Counted from the whole stretch's first letter, positions 27,284-39,831 are shown. The stretch: 63,968 bases of DNA, filler included, from Choristocarpus tenellus KU-1152 (GCA_964200185.2; 13 parts of 13 records of this genome joined end to end with filler, not necessarily neighbours in it), one strand, 5' to 3'. Numbers and translations: made by a program. The notes: generated by a model not told the origin, from the sequence alone.

Positions 27284-28850
27284 GGGCCATCTCTTATGTG
27301 CACGCTTTCACCACCGTTTCGTTTTGCTTTTTCCTTTTTGGGGCATTTCGAAACGGAAACTCGTGACAAGTGGGAGTTATACGGCAATTTTGAGGCATTT
27401 CTGAACGAGCCCAATCTGAATGGAGGGTGGATCAGACCATTCTTGACCAAATTTCAAGGCAAATCTGAACGGAATTCTTGGTGTTTCGATTGGCCCTCTG
27501 TTGTTGTTCGTAGCAATGTACTTGAGGCTACTGAGTTATTATATAGTACATCTGGTTCAAGATGGACAAAATGGATGAAGAGAGTGAGAGAGATCGAATG
27601 TCATCGTCCTCAGGTTCATCATCCTCGAGTTCATCATCTTCCAGTTCATCGTCTTCCAGTTCATTGTCTTTCGATAAATCTACCTTTACGTTGGAGACGA
27701 TATCTAGGATAAACGCAACTGGGATATTGCTCATCTCCACTTTGATGGACAAGGAGGATGAGGAGGAAGAACGTCCATTATTTTTTTCCAGGTTTCGCAT
27801 CCCTCAAGACCGGTCCATTTGCATGGCGAGCTTGTGGAGGGTTATGCTGGGGAGAGAGGAAAATCTGAGAGACGTCACCTCGCGGGAGGCGCTGAAGTTC
27901 AGGAGGTGGTTCCGAGTCCCATCTGTTTTATTTGAAGTTTAGTGAAGGAGGTATAAAGGCAGGTGTGACTTGGGTGTCGAACTGCAGATGCAACCGGACG
28001 CCCTGGCATACCCGTGACACTGAAGGTGAGCATACCTGCTGGTAGAGAGTGTGTGTGGAAGGGCTACCTCGATAGGGCTTGTAGATTCAACCGCTCTTTG
28101 GTCTGATAGTAGTACACTGGATGTGACTTGCCGCCTGCAGGTACTATGGGTCCTCCAAATCCTCGTCAGGGGAAACTGCTTTGATAATATTGAGCAATGT
28201 TCCGGTATATCTGAGAGCACAGCACAAACCACGTTTCACCACTTCTGTGAGTGTTTTGCGCGTGATGTATACTCGAGTTGGATTTATCTACCAGAGGGCG
28301 AAGATTTGGGGGAGGTCATGCACACGTATGGAGTCGTGGGGTTTCCTGGTGCTGTGGGTTCCACTGATGTAACACATCTGTGGTGGGAGAGGGCGCCCAT
28401 TAGTGATACCCCGTATTACATCGGTAAGGAGGGTTATGCGACGGTCGCCTATATGAAGTGACCATTGACCATGCTGGATTTGCAGGGGGAGTGACTGCTG
28501 GGTTTCCTGGAGCCAAAACGATAAGTCAATCATTCGATATGATGGTGCTATCCAGAAACTTAAGAATGATCCCACATACAGACAGCTGGAGTACAACGTC
28601 AAGGACTCTGTTGGGAATTGTTACGCCGAGAAAGGGACCTATGTCCTTGTCTATGGGGGCTACCACAAGGTGATAGGAAAAACATGACTGTACGGCCATG
28701 CCTATATTGGGGTTAGCTCCTGTGAAAATGAGTGCTCATCAAACTAGCAAGTCAACTTTCCTTTGCCCAACCCGATGTTTGCATTTGCAGTGGAGGTGCA
28801 CAATATGCTCCCTGAGGGCTATCAACTGTGGAAATACCCCAGTAGTGTCA
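27284..28850 (+). pseudogene. PIF/Harbinger DNA transposon with decayed, intron-containing DDE transposase
   Basis: TAA followed by GGGCCATCTC (Harbinger-type left end). Protein fragments FRRWFRVP, DATGRPGIPVTLK|VLWVLQILVRGNCFD, GFPGAVGSTDVTH, YIGKEGYAT, AK(N)DK (frameshifted), YVLVYGGYHK|WRC. Stops, frameshifts, 3' truncation. Confidence 0.85.
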
Positions 28851-29769
28851 TTTAAAGGTTTTGGATTTGAATTGCACATCCTGTGGAGGTGAGTTCTGGA
28901 GCGTGTTGTAACAAAATTTCTGGTGAATGAAGAGACGCACTGGTGTAGATTTAGACTGCTATTTGTTTGAATATTGAAGAAGAGAGAAGAGATGGAAGCC
29001 TCATACGATTCTCCTTTGCTGAATGTGACCATATGGTGGAGCTTGGTTTAGAATCTCTTGTTCCTAGAAATAATCACTACAAAGAGACACTTAGAACGTT
29101 TCCAGAAAACTCCAGCACGATATAGGAAACGTCTCGAACATGTGGACTTCAACCTCTAAATAATTGTCAAATAAACAACCCGCTCAGATATGAACTATCA
29201 TCCCGAATGCTTTCGGTTACATATTACTGTAATTCATGCCGTATTCTGTACATCACTAAGTGTTTGTCAAAAAAAAAATATATATATACATATATTTCTC
29301 TTTATCCTTGTTTCCTGTGTGTGATCTGTATTCTGTTCCACAACCCAAACGCTGCAATATATATGTACATTTCTACTTAGGACATATGTATGATGTGTGT
29401 ATGTGTGTGTGTATGAGCGTATTACCGGTCCCTTCAAAGCAAAGGGGCGCAAGGAGAATTTGTTTCAAAACCTGTACAACAAGAGGCTGGATGCTGCTGC
29501 AGTGAGGGGCTGCGTTCGTGAGGCAAGCCTATATCACTCAATAACATAATAGCGCCTACCTGCTGTCTGATACACCTGTTGGCTGTGGTAGATTTTATTG
29601 TAATACACAGGATTCTCGGATTGAGATGTACACTTACCTGGGTTGTGTTCATATATTGAGGTTGACAGGTTCTGTAGATGGTGAGACAGGTGTTGCCATA
29701 GTATTAATCAAGTGTTTCAACACGCTCTCTCTTTAGAGTGGGTTTGTAATGCTTCCAATACTGTGGTGA

Positions 29770-29832
29770 GAGTGAAACTATCTTAGAGGGTACGAATTTT
29801 TCCCTGTTTGTCCATTTGTGGGTCTTGACTTC
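29770..29832. mobile_element. MITE family B, truncated by contig break
   Basis: GAGTGAAACTATCTTAGAGGGTACG...GTCCATTTG. Confidence 0.85.
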
Positions 29833-29932
29833 NNNNNNNNNNNNNNNNNNNNNNNNNNNNNNNNNNNNNNNNNNNNTTAATTAATTAANNNNNNNNNNNN
29901 NNNNNNNNNNNNNNNNNNNNNNNNNNNNNNNN

Positions 29933-29973
29933 CCAAATGGACAACCGCCACCCCCTCCCAGATACTTTGAGCC
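29933..29973. mobile_element. MITE family A, end at contig start
   Basis: CCAAATGGACAACCGCCACCCCCTCCCAGATACTTTGAGCC. Confidence 0.85.
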
Positions 29974-30270
29974 TCAAGATCGTATCACAGCAGTCAGTTA
30001 AGGTACAAGAAGTGGGAAAAGTCTCATTCCAACCACATGCCTGGGTCTGATGTGTACTGGTCCAATTGGAAATTAAGTAGGGTAAGCAAACAAAGTGTTT
30101 GGGTTATTTCTGTCCTTTCCAAGGGTGTGTCTGATTCGAGAGTGTCATTTCAACATCCCCATAACATAAGTTCATTTTTGGGGGCACAGACTGCTACTAG
30201 CTAAAGGATCTTTTTGTGTGTTTTGGTACAACTATATATTATCATTTTCCCACCAACAAACCACACACAC

Positions 30271-32478
30271 CTAAACCACTGATTGAAGTCGCTCTTCTCA
30301 AAGGCCATCTGCATGACCATTTCCTTAAACTCCTTTGTCAGGTCAAGAATGTTCCTAATCCCATTTGTATTTGCCTCCTCCTCTCCTTTCCCACCTTCCG
30401 CTCCCCCAGACTCACTCTCCATGGTTGTCTCCAGAGGACGGCGCCCATGCTCCTTGCAATAGACAAAGGACAAGGCGGATTAACATACGGGAGAAACTAA
30501 TGGTTGGAGTGGCTTAATGTATGGCGCTTTGATCTCAATTATGATCATAATAATCTAAAAACCTTTCGTCCTTGAAATCATAGCACATTATGGTACCACG
30601 AAGTGTCAATATTTTGGAAGTCCAATATTGTTATTTGGGGTAGCACTGGGTGAAAGCTTAGGGTCAAAGAATCCTGGCGGGGGGTATGGTTGAATCATGG
30701 GGATTTCTCTGAGAGAGCCTTCTATTCATCTTTTCACTCACTAGTATTTCCCTCTACCCTCAAACCCACGAAGATACATCTATCCGGGGGGTCTCATTTG
30801 CCACATCCATAGCAACTGAGCAGAAACTGACAGTCATCTATTCTTCATAGAAATAGAGGGGATCAGGCAGAATGTTGAACTGACCCCAATGATTAAAAAA
30901 GGTTAAAACCCTCACTCCTCTAGGCCGCTTCAACTTGGACCAGAGTGTGAGCAATGAAACAACTACAGAGCATTATTGCCGTGACACTGAGCACTACTCA
31001 CCAACAAAAGAGCTGAAACACCACAAATATTTCAGAGCACTAAGGCTCTGGAATGACGCTGAAAGCGAGGTCTGATTACATACACTACTGCATTCCAGAA
31101 CCACCCTGATGACGTGGATATTTTGGCAGTGTATCTCCAAGTCTTACAAACATTGGGCATTTTGTTGTAGATGTAGAGCCTGTCGGGCAGCTCCTTCACT
31201 TATGTGGAGTTTATAGCTCTCCAATTGTAATTTCAACATGGAAATCGTTCGTACATTACTATTTCAAGACAAAGTACCTTAGAGGGTAGCATTGTGTCCA
31301 TTTAGGGGCCAGAATCCATTGTTGTGATTTTGATGTAATTTTAGCTATCGTGTTTGTTAGGAAGTGTCAATATCCTTGTTCCGGACACACCTTTTCATAA
31401 CGTACACATTTGACCTACTCCGACACATTTTGGAGTAGGAAAATGTCATAGAAAGAGCCAAAGTATCTTAGAGGGTAGAGCTGCGTCCATTTGGGGGCCA
31501 AAATCCAAGGTCGCGATTTTGATGTAATTTTGGNNNNNNNNNNCTGCGTCCATTTGGGGGTCAAAATCCAAGGTCGCGATTTTGATGTAATTTTGGCTAT
31601 CGTGTTTGTTAGCAAGTGTAAATATCCATCTTCTGGACACACCTTCTCATATCATACACATTTTACCTTCTCCTAAACATTTTGGATTAGGAAAGAGTCA
31701 TACAAAACCCCATGGGAAGCCAAGCCCCAAATGGACAAACAGGGCAAAACTCGTACCCTCTAAGATACTTTCAGTCCAAAACTCATGGGAAGCCAAGCCC
31801 CAAATGGATAAATAAGACAAAACTCATACCCTCTAAGATACTTCCACTCTGTAGGCAAGTTGACAGAGTCAGTTAACACTAGTCTGAATCTGGACCAAAC
31901 ATGCCTGACCGAACAGTTCACAATGTATCAAAAGTCATAGCTCACAAACACTTAGTGTCTGGTAGTCTAAGGCCATTGGAAACTATTTCTACCTATATTG
32001 CATGTTGAGGATCTAGCACATAGCTGTAGAATGTACAACAACGAATGTTGGCCAGTCCAAGGCCTATGCAACGCACACCAAAGAAAAACTATATTCCCAA
32101 ACATTCTCGATGTGAAACAGATTAGACAATACTTCAAAGGTCCTACGTGAGAGCAATTGAGTCGGATATTCCACTGCGAAAAGTTCACAAACAGTCCCCT
32201 AGCCCTAGCCCTGACCCTAACCCTAATCCTGAGGAGTAATCATTGAGCAAAAAGAGTTCAGAATACTGAACACTACGCTTGAATTATAGTATACCCCCCA
32301 TAGTACCCATCTTCCTCCACAGTAATTGTGCATCAACTACATTATCACAAATCCATTATATCGCCTCCCAGACTCACCTCACTTATGACCACTGAACAAA
32401 CGTTGATATAGGAAAATGCAAGATCTTGCCAGAGTGTTCCATTCTTCTTTTGAGCCACTGCCAGTGCCTGTGCCGCTC
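30271..32478 (-). CDS. Hypothetical protein, two internal exons (32378-32478, 30271-30452)
   Basis: Open, phase-compatible exons with GTGAGT and GTGTGT donors: AAQALAVAQKKNGTLWQDLAFSYINVCSVVISE-EHGRRPLET..LDLTKEFKEMVMQMAFEKSDFNQWF. No family recognised. Confidence 0.5.
31266..31849. mobile_element. MITE family B nested within another family B copy (inner 31455-31776)
   Basis: Two left TIRs and two right TIRs; outer halves 31266-31454 and 31777-31849 join into one element; inner flanks GAAA/CAAA. Confidence 0.8.
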
Positions 32479-32829
32479 CTGACATCGGTGTGAACGGACT
32501 ATGCCCATTGAGGAGCCAAACCGAGTAGCAATGGGTGGGAATTAACACCAAACCAGCAACAGTGTAGATCAAACAGTCATGTCACAATTGAATCAAGAGT
32601 CGTTTTCCAAATCAGCATCTTAAGACAGGCATGCTTGAGAACATGCGTAATTCTTTGATAGCCCCCAGGGGAATTGAGAAAAATCCCTCCCTGTTGTCTA
32701 GGCTCTAATACATGTATCTATTATGAGTGCTGCTTCCCCTATATGTTCAATGAGACTGTCAAACATGAATGCCAACATGTAACATCTAGCCACATTTCAG
32801 GAGACTACTCACGCAACATCTTCGGAGCA

Positions 32830-33088
32830 GAGTCAAAGTATCTTAGAGGGTAGCACCCCGTCCGTTTGAGGGGCCAAAACCTATTGTTGTGCTTTTGATG
32901 TAATTTTGGCTATCATCTTTGTTAGGAAGTGTCTTTATCCTTGTTCCGGACAAAAAAATTCATAACATATACACTTTATCTACTCCGAGATGTTTCTGAG
33001 TAGGAAAATGACATTAAAAAAATGTGGGAAGCCAAGCCCCAAATGGACAAACAGGGAAAAACTCGTACCCTCTAAGTTACTTTGACTC
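32830..33088. mobile_element. MITE family B, full copy
   Basis: GAGTCAAAGTATCTTAGAGGGTA ... TACCCTCTAAGTTACTTTGACTC; perfect TSD AGCA. Confidence 0.92.
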
Positions 33089-33810
33089 AGCAAATACGGT
33101 CCATGCAAGACAATTTCAACAATGAACCGCCCTCCACATGCCAAGTTGTTCCTGGGAGACATAAACCAAAGTACCAATGTGCAGCTCAAACTCAACCAGA
33201 TAAGATGATGATTTCTCCCTAAACAGTATCAGGCTGATTTAAAGCTATACCACCTCAAGGAAACAGTCAACCCTTGATATATATTTTATCTAGTCAACAA
33301 CTATTCATTTAGTGGTTTTGCGTCTAGAATTGGATTGAACTCAAAGCCCCAAATGCCACCATTTTCACAAACTTGAAATTCAAACAAATGTTGCCCAGGG
33401 CTACACAATACTTGCATAACACAAAATAAACACTTCAGCATTTTAACACAACAAATCACTCATTTTGAAGACACTAAATGCCTTAGAGCAAATGATCCCA
33501 AGCTGTTGCCTGAGATCAGTCATTAAAAGAGCCAATAGACTCCACCATTTGCTGACCATTGGAATTTAAAAACCAATTGAGTCCAAGCGTTGTCCTGAAA
33601 AATAAACTTTCTTGATCAAATGGTCCCAACCATCACACAAGACAATCGGAATTACTGTGCAAAAGGTGCTGAGCGTTTGTTGGACAGTAGACATTGTGAA
33701 CAAGTAAGCATTGTGGATTATTATTTTTCTTTATTAATTAATTGCTCTTTCTTCTGTCGGATTTCTGACATTGCTGCTTTCTCCTCTTTACAATGTCTGA
33801 CCATGGGTTT

Positions 33811-34080
33811 GTTCTGAAGTATATGAGAGGTACTCAGATCTTGGTCGTTTTGCATTTTCAGTCAGTTTTTCAATCTTTGGCAATTCACCCATATTTCAAT
33901 GAATGAAGTGCTAAGTTTGGTTTTGTAAGAGCATTGATTTATCCATTGTTTGACTCTTTTTCGAAAGAATAAAGAAAATATCCTATACACACATATATAT
34001 ATATATTTATAGCTAAATTTTGGACATGCTTGTCAGCATCCTTAAAATGCAATTCATTGTACCTCTCGTTTGCTCTAACT
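33811..34080. mobile_element. MITE family C (degenerate)
   Basis: GAAGTATATGAGAGGTAC ... GTACCTCTCGTTTGCTCTAACT; reverse-complement similarity to 8765-8995. Confidence 0.75.
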
Positions 34081-34101
34081 ATACATTGCTGAGCTAATGC
34101 C

Positions 34102-34345
34102 GAATGAAAGTATCTTAGGGTTAGGGTACGAGTTTTGCCCTGTTTGTCCATTTGGGGCTTGACTTCCCATGGCGTATTTCTATGAAATTTTCCTACTCCA
34201 AAATGTTTCAGAGCAGGTAAATGTGTACGTCATGAAAAGGTGTGTCCGGAACAAGGATATTGACACTTCCCAACAAACACAATAGTCAAAATTACATCAA
34301 AATCGCAACATTGGATTTTGGTCCCCAAATGGACGAGACCCTAAC
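34102..34345. mobile_element. MITE family B with telomere-like altered TIRs
   Basis: Left TIR reads AAAGTATCTTAGGGTTAGGGTACG; right end reads GACCCTAAC before the gap. Confidence 0.85.
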
Positions 34346-34510
34346 NNNNNNNNNNNNNNNNNNNNNNNNNNNNNNNNNNNNNNNNNNNNTTAATTAATTA
34401 ANNNNNNNNNNNNNNNNNNNNNNNNNNNNNNNNNNNNNNNNNNNNTGGTGAAGAGAATCACCAGGCAAGACGGACCAGACGAACAAAGACGAACCGTAAC
34501 CAAGGGTACG

Positions 34511-34810
34511 TGTTACAGGCGCCACAGAAAGCTTACCTCCCCAGGATGTAGAGCTCCAATCTACGGGTCTATGGATGATACTGATGTACGTATAGGACTC
34601 CTGATGCACAAGTCGTCAAGTATGCTAGATCTCTCACTTGTATTATCGTCAATGTCATCATATAAAGAGGAACTGATCGACGATGTCTTATCGGGGACCA
34701 TAATGACCAATAATAAATAAATAATCAAGAAGTACAAATATATCAAATCTAGAACTTCAATGTCATAATGGTGTTTATGAAACCGCCATCAAGACATATC
34801 GCCTGTGACA
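34511..34810. mobile_element. 300-bp TGT..ACA insertion (probable solo LTR, or Ginger-type MITE)
   Basis: Termini TGTTACAGGCG / CGCCTGTGACA; TSD TACG. It interrupts a repeat whose empty-site copy is at ~40050-40140 (minus strand). Confidence 0.75.
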
Positions 34811-36716
34811 TACGAGGTTAAGGTTGGACAAGTGTAAATTGAGGAGTCATGAGCATCTTCAAGGAAGGGCTTCATGACTACAAGTCAAAACATGAGAACA
34901 AAGTGGATCTTCCATGGGTGACAACTCTGACTGACGAACTGTCCCAAGTCTGTGGGATTGGTCTCGTGCAGAGATTCCATGGTTTAATTCTGACGGAAGG
35001 TCCGCCAATGGAATCATGGATGCTTGACAAGGAACCTCAATCGGTACAACGGTGTAATGGTATATGGCATACGGCAATAACAGTATAACAACAGACAAAC
35101 ATGCTTTCCACATATTGTCACTTCTTTAATAAATCCGAGATACCAAGTTCATGCATTGATATTGATTGAGAAAAATACTCCTGTTCTGCTGACCTGACCT
35201 CCGTTAACCCTCGTTGAACCTTTTTTGACTGTTGGAGTATCCTGGGAGGCTTGTACGAGCATCAGCGTCATCTATTGGCCTGTGGATTGATGCCACAATG
35301 GGCCTTGCAGGCGCGACAACTACTAGCACACAACACACAAGAAGTTTCTGGGCCAAGGTCCAGATCAATTTGACCTCGACAAATGGCACAGGCAGGGCAC
35401 TCCTCTGCCTGCAGGGGTTGAGAAACAATTCCTCCCCTTCCCCGCATGGGCATCTTCCCCCTATTACACAACCCGTCAGTTTGGTAGGGATCACAACCTT
35501 CACACCCTGGCGATGCGAGCCCTCTTGAGCAGCAACCTTTGCTCTTCGTATACCAGGTGTGTGTGATGGATCACCATCCACAGGGCATCATGCACAGTAC
35601 TGTGTTAACCCCACAAGACTCTTTATAGAAGCACTCATTTTGGCTCAGAGTTGTCTGGCATACCTCTCTTCGCCAGTGTTGTGTTCATATCCCTCTCCTA
35701 TGTGGTTCTCAACAGGGAAAGCTTCCCGCGCCCCATATCTGCGTCCGTTTTTCGTCCTGTAAGGGAAGAGGGGAGAAGTATCTTTCCGCACAAGCGCAGG
35801 GCATACACACACTGAAGCGGTTAGGAAACAGAGATGGCAAGGGCCGACAGACTATGTGGCAGTGAGTGCTTTCCCCAACCACAAACCATTAAGGTGAACA
35901 GAATATTAATGTGTTGAATGTCGGACTCCTGGAGTGTCGCTCCCCACTTACTGCATTCAACCTGTACCACTCACTACATTCCATAACGAACTGCTGAAGA
36001 TCATCAATCAATTACCCTAAGTCAATAACGCACGTGTGAGGATGAAGACCACCCAACAACTTAGGCTATACATTATGCCTTCACTCAATCGAATAACTTA
36101 ACCACAACTCAAAATTATTTCCAAAACATCGAACAGTGTACGCCCACTAAATCGTATCACCACAACGCAAATGCTACACTAAATGTACGTTCCCTAGTCT
36201 GTGTAAAACTCAGCCTCCCATGTTCGATTCGAAACCACAATGCTGATCCTTCAACTTCTACCTTCGATCCGCTCCACCCTATTTCATTGACCGGTTTTGA
36301 GTTGGTGTTGGATTTTGTTATCCCTTTAGGCATGATGTGCCCACTTCTGTGCGGGGCAACCATTATATCTCGTTTGTTTCTAATTTCAAGTGCAGAAAGG
36401 AGGAAGAAGGAAGGAGGATGGGGGGTGTTAGAGGAAATCAAACGAAAATATCGGTTCAGGTAAAAAAACAACTAACTGCGCGATGACGAAGGCAAGGGGA
36501 CAAGGGGCAAGGGGGAATGATTATAGGTACTACCCCAAGTAGTATGTTGGTCTCAGTATTCGGCTTGAGCCACAAATCTAGCCTTTTCCCACCGTGGTTC
36601 AGGCTTTGCTTGACAGAAGATCTGACCTCGATCGGGTTCGAATCTAAGCATTTCAAGGATGGATGGGTGGTGGTGAAGGATTATGAAAAGTAACGTTAGA
36701 GGATGCTAAAAATTGC

Positions 36717-36788
36717 GGCGCATAGAGGGGTTCGAACCCTCGACCACCACAACCCAAATGTGGTATGCTACCACTCCACCATATGCGC
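36717..36788 (-). tRNA. tRNA-Pro (TGG)
   Basis: 72 nt: acceptor GCGCATA/TATGCGC, anticodon stem CCACA/TGTGG with loop TT-TGG-GT, T arm GAGGG-TTCGAAC-CCCTC, discriminator C, T5 run just downstream. Confidence 0.8.
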
Positions 36789-36844
36789 TACAATACACGT
36801 CTACTAGACAAATCGTTTGTTCGAAATCGATGGGCACTATCATA

Positions 36845-37180
36845 TTGTTATGCCCTCTGACAATTTGTACATGTGTTAGGAGAAAAATCAAAGAAAAATA
36901 TTCAAATGTCAGAATAACCCCTACACAAGTAGCAGTTGTCGTAAATGTGCAAGACATTAATCTATTTACTATTTTACTACCAGCTATGCTACACCCTTAT
37001 GTTCCTGTCCCTCCACCCTAGCCTAGTCCTGCACCCCAGGGTGAGGAGATAGGGAAGCATCCCAGGAATCTACCAACCCCCTCCCTTGCCCATCTCCCTG
37101 GTTTCTCCAGCTTAAAACGCATGGCACGTCTAGATAGGGCTACCTTATGTTGTGACAGACACTATCTGTCGTAGACGGGA
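36845..37180. repeat. Repeat family D, arm type 1
   Basis: Reverse-complement homologous to 38359-38830. Confidence 0.75.
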
Positions 37181-37559
37181 TTTGACAGCCCCTGCTGTAG
37201 CTGTTACAGGCGAGTAGCGCGAGCAGTATACGCGCGTGGGGAACCCCAAAAGGGGGAACNNNNNNNNNNNNNNNNNNNNNNNNNNNNNNNNNNNNNNNNN
37301 NNNTTAATTAATTAANNNNNNNNNNNNNNNNNNNNNNNNNNNNNNNNNNNNNNNNNNNNGTCAATTTTGGGTCAAGCCCATCCTCAATGAAAAGCTCCAT
37401 CCTCAATTATTGAAATCGGCTGTTAATTGTACTTGAAATAAAAATGACAAAATAGTATCCCGCGTGAAATAATGAAGACGATGACAATGACGATAATATA
37501 ATAAAAATATTTGATAGTGGTGAAGTAACTGGTTAGTGGTTTCCACACTTACAATGTTT

Positions 37560-37955
37560 TATAGATGTGTCAGGGGGGAAACCAATGAAAACAATATATA
37601 CATGTCGTTATTAGCCCTAAAGAAATAAAATATCCTAAACATAAGAACACTATAAAACTAAGTGTGGAAACCACTAATAATCTATCAGTTACTTCACCAC
37701 TATCAAATATTGTACTACTGTCTTCCTTTGCTTCCCATCTACCTACTCCTGTGCCTCGGGGGGGGGAGCTAGAGAGGCATCCCGAGAATCCAACAAATGT
37801 GCCCATCTTCCTGGTGACCCTAGTTTGAAGCGCATGACACGTCAAGACAAAGTCACTTGCATAGTCACCGAAACAATTTGGCGTAGCCTGGATTTAACTA
37901 CTCCTTTCCGGTTGTATCCTCCCACTCCTCTCCCTCCTACCATGTGAGTAGCCAG
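37560..37955. repeat. Repeat family D, arm type 2
   Basis: Direct near-copy of 38975-39375. Confidence 0.8.
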
Positions 37956-38358
37956 CCTATATTATCATTTCTGGTGTGTATGTGTGTACCCTTACACTTT
38001 CACTCGCCTGGATCAATCAGTGATGACCTGGTCCTACCCGTCTTGCCTTTTCCGTCATGGATCAGAATACTACAGCACCCATCACATATTCTAGCACGGA
38101 GGAAAGAGGAGGAGCACACCTATAGCCAACCCCCAAAAGAAGAAAGGCATTGAGAAACGCAACATTTGGTAAGCAGATGTGAATGATTGTGTAAATGTGA
38201 TCTGTTGAGAAGTTACTGCTCAAATTCCGACAATATTCAAAGTGCCCATAACAGGATACTGCTCGCCCTGGTTCATTGGAAAAATGTATTTCTGTTACAG
38301 AATCGGATCATATTTCCACATAAAATGGATGGCAGGGTATATATATATATATATATAT

Positions 38359-39300
38359 CCCGTCTACGACAGGTAGTGTCTGTCACAATGCAAGTAGCTC
38401 TATCAAGACGTGTCACGCGTTTTAAGCTGGAGACACCGCGGAGATAGGCAAGGAGGGGTTTGTTAGATTCTTGGGATGCTTCCCTAGCTCTTAGGGTGCA
38501 GGACTTAACCTAGGTGGGAGGCACAGGAAGGCAGTGGTACAGCATAGCTGATAGTAAAATAGTAAATAGATAAATGTCTTTTACATTTATGACAACAGTT
38601 ACTTTTTTAGGGGTTATTCTGACATGTGGATAGTTTTCAATGGTTTTTCCCCTGACATATCTGCAAAATGTCACAAGGTATAATCATAAATATATAAAAT
38701 CAGAAATAAATAGATTAATGTCTTTCACATTTACGACAACTGTTACTTTTTAGGAGTTGTTCTGACATGTGAATAGTTTTCATTAGTTTTTCCCCTGACA
38801 CATCTGTAAAATGTCACAGGGCATAATATTAATTTAATGATAATATCGATGATAGTAATTAGAATAATTACAATAAAGATAGTAAGAGTCAATTTTTTTT
38901 TTTTAATGGTAATGAAAAAATAAGTATTAGCCATAATAATATACTAATATATTATTATTATGCCCTCTGACACTTTGCAGATGTGTCAGGGGAAAAACCA
39001 ATGAAAACAATACATATGTCATTATTAGCCCTAAAGAAATAAAATATCCTAAACGTGACAACACTATAAAACTAAATGTGGAGACCACTAATCTATCAGT
39101 TACTTCACCACTATCAAATATTGTACTACTGTCTTCCTGTGCTTCCCATCTACCTACTTCTGTGCCCCGGGGGTGAGCTAGGGAGGCATCCCAAGAATCC
39201 AACAAATGTGCCCATCTTCCTGGTGACCCTAGTTTGAAGCACATGACATGTCGAGACAATGCCACTAGCATAGTCACTGAAAAAATTTGGCGTAGCCTGA
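38359..39300. mobile_element. Foldback-like element (family D): long imperfect inverted arms around an AT-rich spacer
   Basis: Left arm starts CCCGTCTACGACAGG, right arm ends TGGCGTAGCCTG; arms share CATCCCAAGAATC, CCCCTGACAC and TTATGCCC motifs in inverted orientation. Confidence 0.6.
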
Positions 39301-39573
39301 ATTACTTACTCCTTTCCGGCAGTATCCTCGCAGTATATTCCCGCTCCTCTCCCTCCTACCATGTGAGTAGACAGCTCATCCAGGAAGCATTCCGCTTGCT
39401 TGCCAAGGCGCCCAAAACTTTCCGCCGCAAAGGTGTTGAGGTTATAACTACGAGGATCAAAGGAGCCCTCGTAGTGGGTATATACTAATGATGATGATAA
39501 TGGTGGAATGCAGATTTGTCTGTTGTTATACCGTTATTCTCCTATGTCATTTACCGTTATACCGATAGAGGTT

Positions 39574-39831
39574 AAGTGAAAGTATCCTAGAGGGTACGAA
39601 ATTTGCCCTGTTTGTCCGTTAGGGGCTTGGTTCCCCACGTTTTTTTAAATGACATTTTCCTACTCCAAAATGTCTCTGATTAAGTAAAATGTCTACGTTA
39701 TGAAAATGTATGTGCAGAACAAGGATATTGACACTTCCTAACAAACACAACAGCCAAAATTACGTCAAAATCGCAACATTGGATTTTGGGCCCAAAATGA
39801 CGCGGCTCTACCCTCTAAGATACTGCGACTC
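39574..39831. mobile_element. MITE family B
   Basis: AAGTGAAAGTATCCTAGAGGGTACG ... TACCCTCTAAGATACTGCGACTC; GTT on both flanks. Confidence 0.88.

Noticed and set aside
27284-28850. Harbinger transposase as the mobiliser of MITEs A/B/C
   Set aside because: Its end (TAA + GGGCCATCTC) and the expected TWA target do not match the MITE termini or their variable TSDs.
35204-35762. Cys-rich ORF fragments as a zinc-finger gene
   Set aside because: Short and stop-interrupted, with no consistent exon structure or recognisable family.
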